Shown here piece after piece: positions 33,601 to 43,591 of a stretch of DNA of 64,000 nt (within the stretch, counting starts at the first letter, position 1; every line of letters begins with the position of its first letter). The position numbers and the translations under genes are program-made. The notes below the pieces were generated by a model. The model did no database searches. It saw only the letters and a program-made list of their open reading frames with translations, and had not been told where the DNA came from. Where the stretch lies: contig JAANOX010000130.1 of assembly GCA_020184695.1 (NCBI GenBank), positions 124,001 to 188,000 on the forward strand, read 5' to 3'. This DNA is from Histomonas meleagridis 2922-C6/04-290x. Its lineage: Eukaryota > Protista > Parabasalia.

Positions 33601-36508
33601 ATTCATTCACAAATATCCATTCCTTACATTTGTTAAGTAAAATTTCTCAATCATTAATTAATTGATTTCTTGTAACTATTTTGCCTATTGTTATTAAGTT
33701 ATTGTTATTATTTTTATTAATTTCATTATCTTGATTAGTTTGATTAATTTCTAATTTTTCTGTGTTATTTATATTAGCTTTTTTTAACCTTTTTTCTGAT
33801 TTTTTATTTTCATGCTTTTTTCTTTTTACTATATTATTATTATTTTTAGATTCGATTTCAATTTCTCCTTTTGTTAGCTTATTTAAATTCTCTTTTATTT
33901 CTTCTTCATTACTTTTCATTTTTTCTTCAATTACTTTGATTTTATCTTTATCAGGATAATTAAATACTCTTGATTTAAATTTTACTTGATGCATAGGGAT
34001 CTTAATATTTTTTTTCTTGAAATATTGTGCGCATGACTATTATGTGAAATTATGTTATTATATGTTTATGCTAATGCTTTTTTTACAAAAATCACATATA
34101 TATGCTTTATTTTTTCTTAATAATATTTCTGTTGTTGGATTTATATCATACCTTTGAATATAATTTAATACAAATGCCCACATTAATCCAAAATCTATTG
34201 TATTCTCATTATAATTGGAATGTCTTTTCACTATATAATTATTAAATGTGTTCTCACAATCTGTAATATTGTTACAATTATGTAAAGCACATGCATATAT
34301 AGTTTTCGATAAGTTGAAGGTTGTTTATTATCTTTGTCATATTGTTCCCAATAGGTTTTCTTTTTTAATATCAAACCTAAACAATCATAAATTATATTTC
34401 CATTTCGTCTTTTACCATTATGTGCCAAGTTTTCATGCCTTTTTTAGTCAGTGACCGCATTGAAAGCTTGATAATCACATTTGTGACAAATAAATGGACC
34501 AATGCCTGGAAATTTATGAAAGACTAACATTAAAAAAATGGTTGATATTTTGGTTTCATTCGTTTTATTCGAAAATGAATCTTTGTCAATATTATAATTT
34601 TTCTATTTATTATTGATTGTTAATTTTAATTCTGCAGTTGTTCGAACGTTTTTGAGATTTAAATAAGATTCTTCTGGTGTATGTATTATAATTTCATTGT
34701 TAATGTAAATGTTATTATTATTATTTGGTGGAATATTATCTTTATATTGATTATAGTTATCTATTTTTTAATTCGTTTGTTGTGATTCTTGTATATTTTG
34801 CTTTATTTCATCATTGTTAGCATTTTCTTTTTCATTGTTGTTTGAACCTTTATAATCTTCTTTATTTTTATCTTGAATAAAGTTATAATTTCCGTTCGAT
34901 ACTACTATATCTATATCTTTGTAAATTCAATTAAATTATAATGTTTAAATATTAATTGTTTCATCAGTAAATTTAATTTCTGGTTTTGGTATATTAATCT
35001 TATTTTTAAAGAATGAAAATTAGGTAATTGAATATTTGAGTCTTTATCGATTTGATTCATTCTGAAGGTTGGAATATTAATTGTTTCTTTTATAATTTTA
35101 TAATTTGGTATAATAATATTTTCTTCTACATTTTGAAGATTGAATTTCGATATTAGTACATTAACTTCGGATTTCTGTATAAGATATTTGAGTAATAAAA
35201 TATTGTTAATTTCTTCTTTAAAATTAAATTTTATAATCTTAACATATTGATCTTCTTGTATAAAGTTAATTTTGGGAATTGATAATTCTTCAATTTCTTT
35301 GATTGTTTCTATTTTTGATAATTGAATATTTTCTTTATATTTTTCGATATTAAATTTTGTTATTATCTATCATTTTCTTCTATTATTTTATTAAATTGCG
35401 GTATTATGTATTCTCATTAAAATATTTTAAAATTTGGGATTTTAATGTTCACATCTTGTGAGTTTATGTTAAAATTTGAGTTGTTGTTTGGGTGTCTTTC
35501 TTCATTATCTCCTATAATAGTTCCTAATGTTCGGAATTTATTTTTTTTTTGATTAAATAATAAGAAAACCATCAAGAAAACAGCATTTTCTAAGTATATT
35601 GTCATAGTATACATTTGAATTTGCATGATCAGTAAGGTGTAGTCCATAATCATCTGAATTGTTTAATTTTATTTTTCCACATAATGGACATATTATATTA
35701 GAAATTGTCCCGGGTTCCTCACTTTCTTCTATTTCATTATTATTAATGTCAAGTAGATTAACAATGTCTATATTTCTAAAATTCATGTATGGTGCTAATT
35801 CAATTCGTTTTCCTTTGTGAAATTTGTTTAAATGTATAAATAATTCTTCTTTATTGTCACTCTGTCAAGTACAAAAAGGAAACCATGGACAAAATAATAA
35901 TATTTTTTTTCATATTATTTTGTATAGCTATCGGTAAGTTATAGAACGTGAATCTTATTTCGTTTCTCATTAGATTTATTTCATCTGCTGTGAGTGTTCT
36001 AGATCTAAATGCTGCATCTTCAACTTCTGTTTCAGTACTGGTTTCTTCATCATCTGCATAATATTCCTGTTCATTTATTATCTTCATTGGATTTCTAATG
36101 TTATTTGTATTAGGGAGTACTATTGGTGCTGGTTGTGGTTGTGTTTGGAATTTTGGTACTCGATCAAATCGAAATCTGATTTCGGGATTTTGTTCATGAT
36201 CTGGACTCATATTCTCTCTGAATGGTTCTGGACTGGTGTACGTTGTTTCTGTGTTGCTTGTTGTGTCCTCCGTTGAACTTTCTTCTGCATCCGATCATGA
36301 TGGCCGGACTCAAAAAATGGTCTTTGTACTATAAAAAATATATCACTGTGTCTCCTGATGTTTCTTGTTTTGAGTTTTGTTTCATATCTCGGAGAGATAA
36401 TCTGATATGTTCCGAGATTCTCCGAAAATCATCGGAACTTATATGATTCTGCTCCTCTCAGGGCGCTCTAGTGGTGCACTTTTCCCCTTACTAAGTTGCT
36501 CAGGTGAT
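30653..36508 (-). mobile_element. Decayed RLE-type (R2/NeSL/R4-like) non-LTR retrotransposon inserted in a tRNA-Tyr gene
   Basis: Minus strand in order: C2H2 fingers (CPLCGK...HLTDH at about 35621-35690; CHKCDYQ...RHENLAH at about 34425-34500); RT motifs LDFAKAFDSV and GVRQGCPLSP (32790-33000) and KYLG; CCHC knuckle CNRC...HRINGC followed by RHNAIV; RLE motifs KQDIW, LVEVNSPY, IIISSLGIIP (31288-31683). Many stops and frameshifts. Confidence 0.92.
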
Positions 36509-36513
36509 AAAAA

Positions 36514-36595
36514 TCCGCGCTGCTGGAATCGAACCGGCGACCCTTTGATGACTACTTTTCTACAGTCAAATGCTCTACCACTGAGCTAAGAGCGG
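36514..36595 (-). tRNA. trnY-GTA: tRNA-Tyr(GTA) with a 10-nt intron (36550-36559); one mismatch each in the acceptor and T stems
   Basis: CCGCTCT TA GCTC AGTGGTA GAGC A TTTGA CTGTAG [AAAAGTAGTC] A TCAAA GGGTC GCCGG TTCGATT CCAGC AGCGCGG A, followed by TTTTT. Confidence 0.9.
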
Positions 36596-36941
36596 CGCTG
36601 AAAACTTAGAGGTATATATTATCATAATATTAAATTTGGAACGATTCGATTTTTTACAACGAGTCAAAATCGATATATATAAAAACTTACATGCATTCAA
36701 TAAAATTTACATGATGAGAAATTCAAAATTTGAATAAATAAATAACGTTTTTATTTTCATGACGAACAACCAATTCCAAAAAATAGCATTAGATCGATGC
36801 TATTTTTGGCACGGAGTTCTTACTTTGAATGACGTCGTTGTGTCGTGTATATTTATTTTCTAACATACAGCTTTTTTCGATATCAGAATTCAAAGAACTG
36901 TTCAAGATTCGCCTGATTTAATCGGACTATACACAAACGAT

Positions 36942-37226
36942 GTGCCCCCTATTCCATTTACAATATCTGATTCTATCAGAGTTAATCTATCAATAGAAAA
37001 TAAAATTTTACAAGAACCTTTTAAGTATAAAGTCGTCGAAGCCTGCACTACTGGTATGGAACTTGTTTCTTTGGTTGAAGCAGATGAACAAATGCCACCA
37101 AGTTTGACTATTGAAAATGATGGCGGAAGATGGCATTTCACCTTACAAGACAAAGTTTATATATTGCGGTCTCTTTTAGTCTATGTGCCCTCAGAACAGA
37201 TTAAAAAGTATGTGAAAGATTTATGA
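36942..37226 (+). CDS. Small hypothetical protein
   Basis: 94-aa ATG-initiated ORF with protein-like composition; no motif recognised. Confidence 0.5.
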   Translation: MPPIPFTISDSIRVNLSIENKILQEPFKYKVVEACTTGMELVSLVEADEQMPPSLTIENDGGRWHFTLQDKVYILRSLLVYVPSEQIKKYVKDL

Positions 37227-37546
37227 TTTCCCAAATAAAAATTTGTAAATTAGAAACTTATCACATTCATCTTGTCTTCTCTCTTTTTCATGGACACTTT
37301 CTACTAAAAACTTTCGCATTTTCTAAAATAATTTCCCTATACAAGGAATTGATATTAATTTTATCCAAATTCATACAATATTTCCAAATCCTCGTCTTAG
37401 GGAAGCAAAGGTATTAAAATTCTTTTACTAATAATAATAATTTGTTTTTCATTTCAATTTCTCATTTCGAAATTTTCAATATTATGTCATAATTTGGAGG
37501 CTAAAGCAAAAACAAATGCGCACATAACAATAGTTTTATTTAAACA

Positions 37547-40510
37547 TTAAATGCTCCAAACATTAGTATATCCTAAAGTATCACCTGACACAAATACCTT
37601 TCCACAATGCACTGCTGTTGTTACCTTTCCTTGGTGCATATGTAATGATTGGAAATTTCCCGGTTGCATTCCTAATATTTTATCATTTCTCATACAAATC
37701 AATTTTTGTCCATCATACAATGTTACTGAAGGTCTATCTTCACAAGAGTCTATATATGTCACAGCTCTATCATCAATTGCTAACACTCCACCAAAATAAG
37801 GCAAAATCTGAGTAAACCGTCCGTTGCACGTTAAGCACACCTTCGTAAACGGCTCCTTTATCAATTCCACTTTTTGATCGCTTTGCACAAAAAACGCACA
37901 AGAGCTATCGTCGTTGGTCGCAGCGGGTGAAAGGTTTACAACGGCGCTCGTTTCAGTCATATACATAGGCACGAACATTCGGATGTCAACAAATGAAACG
38001 AGGCCCTCGGAAAAGCCTATAGCTGCTAAGGGCCGATCTGACCAAAAGCAAATGTCGGAAATGTCAGAAATTTGTCGATATTGAAGTGTAGATCGACTTT
38101 CAGGTGAACGAGTATCTATAAGTGATATACTTCTATCAGATGATGAACACAGGAATGTGGAGTTTCGATCAACTGGTCGTATGTTGGTGAAATGTATGTT
38201 ATTATTTTGTGGAGGAATGATAACTGTTTTCTTCTCGTTCTTAAACTCATAGCTTTCAATGGCGCCGTTCTCAAAGCCCAAGAGATAATGCGTGCTGGAA
38301 AGAATGGATGCTGATGAAATTTGGACGCGTAAGATATGAGATCGATATTGTGATGGTTGAACTAATGAGCCATTTTCATTGTAGATACTAAGCCAACGAA
38401 CTCTATTGGCTTCATTGATTGTGATACACATGGTGTTGTCATTGTTTGCAAAGATATATTTGATGGGAGATAAATCAGAATGAAAGGTGGCAACAAAGCG
38501 TGGTGTTAGTCTTGAGGCTATTGATTCTTTGGGTGGTACCTTTAATTTTATAGTCCCTTGTAGCTTTGGTCGTTCAGATTTACTGTTTACTTTTGTATTC
38601 TTTCTAGGGGCAGATATGTTTTGTCTCTTGAAGAAGAAGCAATAGTCATTACATTGTCTAATTTCAGGTGGTAAATTATTGATTAATTTTTGGACGTGAT
38701 AACGAATGATAGTATTTTGAGAAAACATATATTGACTTGCAAGTCTAGAAAGTAAATACATTGTATCATTTTCTAAGAAGCCATGTTCTAATAGATAATC
38801 CATTAAGATTATGGTGTGAATTAACACATTCACCGATGGGCGACCGTTTATGATTCCCTGGGGAATTGGCAAAATATTTGTAGCGGTTATTCGCTTGAAT
38901 TTTTTGATTTCATCCGGTTTGGCACTTTTGAGGTAACACATGATGATTGAAATGATCTCGAGGAAGTACTCATCATTATTATGGTTTAGAGTTGCGTAAA
39001 AAATACCCAAGAAAGAAGAGAACAGTTCAAATCCCCCCTCCTTTGCAAGGTTTTTAAATGAATTTGCGAAAACTTTGAAAATCCGAAAATTTGTCGATGC
39101 GAAAACAGATGAAAATTCTGTCGAAAAATTCTTAGCTGAATCAGGCGAAAGTCTTTTAAATGGGATAAAGAAACTTGGCAATATATCAGCTAAAACTAAT
39201 TTGGTTCCTTCATCACTATTATTACATAACTGTAGAATTGCTGGCTTTAAATAAAATGGTATATAATCGGAGAAATGTTGTGGAATTGATTCGATACTTT
39301 TAAGCATTTGTAATATTGATGATAATGCAGTTCGATGTAACATTGGAACTTGACAATGCAAAAAGCAAACAAAAAATGGAATAACTTTCGCAAGTTTTGT
39401 TTCATCTGAAAATAACTTTGAGAAATCGCTTAAAAAGGCAATTAATGGAAATACAACAGAATTAACATACGTGCTCTTTAATGCTTGGTCTTCAAGATAA
39501 TCAAATAAAAGAATTTTATACTCAACTGGACATTGTTGTTCTAATTGTTTGAACGTTTGGAAGGCGGTTTCGGTTTCGGTTTCAAACAAGTTTCGTTTTG
39601 ATGCACTTTCTTCGAACGTTAAAGATAACCGATGGAAAAATGTGTCGAACAAATTCATGATTTTTTTGGTGGATTCAAAACGTGAATTTGGATCAAGTTG
39701 TAACATGTCTTTAATGTATCCTATAATGGTTTTGTTATCAATGGGTTCAAGTGCTGCATCTAAATCAAAATTTCCATTTTTATACTGTATTAAAGTTTGG
39801 AAACTAAAAAGATGTTTACCATTTAAATAGATGAAGGCAAGTATACAACCAAGACTAAATAAATCGGAACAAATCTCATTAATATTTGTTTGATCTTTCG
39901 TAATACGTTCGGGTGCAATGTAACATCCAGAATATGAATCAGTAACAAAGTAATGATTAAAAATTTGTGGCATTGATGGGTCTACGGTTTTTGGTTTAAA
40001 TGGTGCAGGATCTGTGATATAAACTAGAAGATTTCGTTTCACAAAAATATTATTGGGTTTAAGATCTCCATGTGCAAAATTACATGAATGAAGACTATTG
40101 ACAGTCATAGCTATTTGAAAAAAAACAAACATTTTTTCTGCAGGATCTAATGAAGGCTGTTGAAATGCAGCAAATTGAGCTAGGCTTCTTTCTAGTCTCG
40201 GACGAATAAGGAGAGCCATATTATCTTGAACTTGAATTGTTGTAAAATTAACAATTCTTGAATTTTCAATTTGACGTTCGCTTAAATCTTTAAAATATTG
40301 TAAAGATCGTGGAACTTGTTCCAATCTCATCAAAGGTTCATGATATTGAAAAACTTTAACAATGAATTCTGTTGAATCATTAATTTTCTTACCCGTTAAT
40401 GTCATAAAAAATGTACCAAATCCTTCAAAAGCTTTTGTTGTATAACCTAATTTCTTTAATGGTGCAATATAAGAGTTGTTAAAGGATGTAATTGATAAAT
40501 CGCTACCCAT
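37547..40510 (-). CDS. VPS15: VPS15/PIK3R4-like protein (kinase, HEAT and WD40 domains)
   Basis: MGSDLS myristoylation start, HGDLKPNN, TDPAPFKP, CYIAPER, DLFSLGC; HEAT middle and C-terminal WD40. Confidence 0.85.
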   Translation of the reverse strand: MGSDLSITSFNNSYIAPLKKLGYTTKAFEGFGTFFMTLTGKKINDSTEFIVKVFQYHEPLMRLEQVPRSLQYFKDLSERQIENSRIVNFTTIQVQDNMALLIRPRLERSLAQFAAFQQPSLDPAEKMFVFFQIAMTVNSLHSCNFAHGDLKPNNIFVKRNLLVYITDPAPFKPKTVDPSMPQIFNHYFVTDSYSGCYIAPERITKDQTNINEICSDLFSLGCILAFIYLNGKHLFSFQTLIQYKNGNFDLDAALEPIDNKTIIGYIKDMLQLDPNSRFESTKKIMNLFDTFFHRLSLTFEESASKRNLFETETETAFQTFKQLEQQCPVEYKILLFDYLEDQALKSTYVNSVVFPLIAFLSDFSKLFSDETKLAKVIPFFVCFLHCQVPMLHRTALSSILQMLKSIESIPQHFSDYIPFYLKPAILQLCNNSDEGTKLVLADILPSFFIPFKRLSPDSAKNFSTEFSSVFASTNFRIFKVFANSFKNLAKEGGFELFSSFLGIFYATLNHNNDEYFLEIISIIMCYLKSAKPDEIKKFKRITATNILPIPQGIINGRPSVNVLIHTIILMDYLLEHGFLENDTMYLLSRLASQYMFSQNTIIRYHVQKLINNLPPEIRQCNDYCFFFKRQNISAPRKNTKVNSKSERPKLQGTIKLKVPPKESIASRLTPRFVATFHSDLSPIKYIFANNDNTMCITINEANRVRWLSIYNENGSLVQPSQYRSHILRVQISSASILSSTHYLLGFENGAIESYEFKNEKKTVIIPPQNNNIHFTNIRPVDRNSTFLCSSSDRSISLIDTRSPESRSTLQYRQISDISDICFWSDRPLAAIGFSEGLVSFVDIRMFVPMYMTETSAVVNLSPAATNDDSSCAFFVQSDQKVELIKEPFTKVCLTCNGRFTQILPYFGGVLAIDDRAVTYIDSCEDRPSVTLYDGQKLICMRNDKILGMQPGNFQSLHMHQGKVTTAVHCGKVFVSGDTLGYTNVWSI

Positions 40511-40535
40511 TGAAATGTCACTTTTGCCAAATACA

Positions 40536-41882
40536 ATGGCCGAATCTGTTCTGCTCGAATTTAATGGAGGGATCCAATCATTTTATGGCGCTATGGAAAT
40601 AACAGTTAGTAGTGGTAACCCAGTAATTCATGGCGCTGCGTTATCTCAAGGTTATTCTAATCATTTTTTTGCACCAGTATATACACTTCCAATTACTTTC
40701 GAATCAAATATTCCATTTACATTAAGGATTTCTCCTATACCAAAAGAACAAATCGCACCAACAGAAAGATCATTTTATTTCCCTAGAAACACTCCAGAAG
40801 GATTTAACAAAATTTTCGAAGGTGTTTTTCACTCTCCAATTATAAAAGGTCCTACATATCCACAAGCAACAGATCGGTTTTTAAATTCATTGTCTAAAAA
40901 AAATCCTACAAAAATTTTTGTTGCGGGAAATAAGTCATCCGGAAAGTCAACTTTCTCTAAATACATTATTAACAAACTCATTAACACTCAACAAAGTGTT
41001 TATTTTCTTGACTTGGATCCTGGTCAACCAGAGCTTTTTCTTCCTGGAACAATTTCATTAACAACAATTACTAATTATTTATTTAATCCTCCTGAATTCA
41101 ATTCAATGCTTGCCAAAAAAGTTTTCTTCGTTGGTACAACATCTCTCCCAGAAAACTTAGATTATTATATGACATGTGTTTCTGAACTTCTAAAAGAAAT
41201 TCCAAATGATGCTTTTGTCGTGATTAATTCATTTGGGTGGGTCAAAGACCTTGGTCTTATTTTACATCAAAACCTCATAAAAATGATAAATCCTGGAGTC
41301 ACCTTTATGCTTCATTCTGTAGATGAAGTACCTGCTTCAATTAATAATTTACAATTTCAAGTCGAAATTAACCCTCGATCTGGACCTCTAAAAATATCTC
41401 CAAAAGTTCATCGTGAAACAAGAATTGCCACATTCTTCAGAAGAGGATTTAATGGAATTTCTACACAACAGCCAATCGTTGTTCCACTATCAGATGTACG
41501 TATATGTTTCCTTTGTTGCGAAGTTGCACCTTGCGAAACATTAACCGCGCTTAACGGTTCCCTTGTTGCTTTGTGTAACGATACGAGACCGTTTATGCCT
41601 CCTCGGACAAAAGTGTCACTTTTAAGGATGATCCCTCCAATCGAATGCAATGGAATGGGAATTGTCAGAGCAATAGACAAAGAAAACGGAATTATATATA
41701 TTATTACACCTAATCCGAATATTGAATTTAATACATTAGTACAAGGATTAATATATCTTCCATCAGAAGTATTCACAGAAACTTTAAGAGCTGATGCTAA
41801 TTTTATCGGTGTAGGAATTCTTGATAAAGTAGGTGCTTCAACAGATCCACTTCAACTTAAAAACACACCTGTATTTGACTAA
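40536..41882 (+). CDS. NOL9: Clp1/NOL9/Grc3-family polynucleotide 5'-kinase
   Basis: Walker A VAGNKSSGKST, LDLDPGQPE, VINSFGWV, C-terminal GIVRAID. The start was chosen after the TCACTT Inr at 40518-40523 (an alternative ATG is at 40515). Confidence 0.75.
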   Translation: MAESVLLEFNGGIQSFYGAMEITVSSGNPVIHGAALSQGYSNHFFAPVYTLPITFESNIPFTLRISPIPKEQIAPTERSFYFPRNTPEGFNKIFEGVFHSPIIKGPTYPQATDRFLNSLSKKNPTKIFVAGNKSSGKSTFSKYIINKLINTQQSVYFLDLDPGQPELFLPGTISLTTITNYLFNPPEFNSMLAKKVFFVGTTSLPENLDYYMTCVSELLKEIPNDAFVVINSFGWVKDLGLILHQNLIKMINPGVTFMLHSVDEVPASINNLQFQVEINPRSGPLKISPKVHRETRIATFFRRGFNGISTQQPIVVPLSDVRICFLCCEVAPCETLTALNGSLVALCNDTRPFMPPRTKVSLLRMIPPIECNGMGIVRAIDKENGIIYIITPNPNIEFNTLVQGLIYLPSEVFTETLRADANFIGVGILDKVGASTDPLQLKNTPVFD

Positions 41883-41991
41883 AAATATAGATATATTAGC
41901 AAAGATTTTTTTTAATTTTGAAAATCAAGATTTTTGATTTGAGTGTTTTATATCAAAAGTGTACAATCCCAAAAATTCGTTGTTTCAGAAA

Positions 41992-42558
41992 ATGCATGAT
42001 GCTCGACCTCATTGGTCAATGAGCAATATTTCAAGAAAGATAATAGGGCATTATAATTCACATACACCAAATTCATTTGTTAAATCTAGAATATATCTAA
42101 AACAAAAAAAGCAACGCGCACAAACACAATCAACAAAAAAACCAGTCAACGATGATTTAAATTTAGAATTTTCAGGGTACAAACCAAGTGAGTATCTTGC
42201 TCTTCCTAAACGTCAACCTTTACATGGTTCTGCTCCACCAACCGACTTTAAAAAAATTGATGATGTTTTCGCAGATATGAACACCCCTGTTCAAATTACA
42301 AAAAAATTTAATGGAGGACCAATTTTGTATGTTCCAATAAGCAAAAAAAAGAAACAACAAAACCCAAATAAAAGAATAAACCGCGTTGAAGATTCGCCAC
42401 ATAAATCAAATGAATCATCTATACATGAAATTCTATTTGAACAATCCATCAATCCACCAAAACCTGATCCATCAATTTCGCTTGATAAAGCAAACTCCTT
42501 TGAAACAACATACAAAGGGAAAAAGATTGTAGTTTCTCGTCTACATAATCCTAATTAA
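41992..42558 (+). CDS. Basic low-complexity hypothetical protein
   Basis: 188-aa ORF from ATG 41992; no motif recognised. Confidence 0.55.
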   Translation: MHDARPHWSMSNISRKIIGHYNSHTPNSFVKSRIYLKQKKQRAQTQSTKKPVNDDLNLEFSGYKPSEYLALPKRQPLHGSAPPTDFKKIDDVFADMNTPVQITKKFNGGPILYVPISKKKKQQNPNKRINRVEDSPHKSNESSIHEILFEQSINPPKPDPSISLDKANSFETTYKGKKIVVSRLHNPN

Positions 42559-42719
42559 TTGTTTGTTCATAAATTTGTTTGTTAAATATTTTTATCAATT
42601 CGTTAATGTTTTTAGATAACTATGGAACTAATGGGCCATCTGTATATAGTCGGATGGAATGGAAGATGATTTCGATTAAATTTTACAAACACCAAAATTT
42701 ATTAAACGGTTTTTATTAA

Positions 42720-43505
42720 ATGTTCTTTGATAAAACCCCAGCTAACAACAAAACTTTGGTGACTTCTGGGAAGCAAATGTTTTCTTGTGGTCACGCTGAA
42801 ACGATTGGTGTACGTAATACAATGGAAGATGCTTCTGCAATTATTGGTGAATTTGCAGGAGTTGGAACCCAATATTTTGCTGTATTTGATGGCCATGGAG
42901 GAAGTAATGTTTCTGCCTTTTGTGCAAATAATCTTCATCTTGAGATTTCAAGAAATTTAAAAACTGAAGCTTCTGTTGAAAAGGCTATTGAAAATGCATT
43001 CAAAAGAGCTAATGATGCTGCTTCTAAGTGGCCATGTGAAGGGTGCACAGCAGCTATTGCTATTATCATTCAAAATACAATATATTGTGCAAATGTTGGA
43101 GATTCACGTGTTATTCTTGTTGAAAATGGCCATGCAACACGTATGACATATGATCATAAAGCCAGCGATCCAACTGAGAGAGATCTTGTCAATCAAAGAG
43201 GAGGCGTCGTAATAAATGGAAGAGTAAATGGAATTTTGATGGTGTCACGTGCTATTGGTGATGCTGAGCTTGGCGATGCCTGTAGTTGTCAGCCATATAT
43301 CAAAAAATCTCATCGAAAAGATGGAATGAAAATGGTTATTGCTTGTGATGGCGTATTTGATGTTATGACTGATGAAGATGTTGCTCAAATTGCAAGCAGC
43401 TGTTCAAACACAGCTGAGGCAGCAAGAATAATAAAAGATGAGTCCATCAAACGCGGATCACTTGATAATGTCACATGTATTGTTATTAATCTTACTCCAA
43501 AGTAA
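42720..43505 (+). CDS. Protein phosphatase 2C
   Basis: RNTMEDA, VFDGHGG, ANVGDSR, VSRAIGD, IACDGVFD and GSLDNVT motifs. Confidence 0.95.
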   Translation: MFFDKTPANNKTLVTSGKQMFSCGHAETIGVRNTMEDASAIIGEFAGVGTQYFAVFDGHGGSNVSAFCANNLHLEISRNLKTEASVEKAIENAFKRANDAASKWPCEGCTAAIAIIIQNTIYCANVGDSRVILVENGHATRMTYDHKASDPTERDLVNQRGGVVINGRVNGILMVSRAIGDAELGDACSCQPYIKKSHRKDGMKMVIACDGVFDVMTDEDVAQIASSCSNTAEAARIIKDESIKRGSLDNVTCIVINLTPK

Positions 43506-43591
43506 ACAAATTTTTCACTTTATGTCATTTGTTTATTGATAAAATTATTTTTTTGCTTTCGCAACATCAGAAAACGTTTATCTATTTTTGA

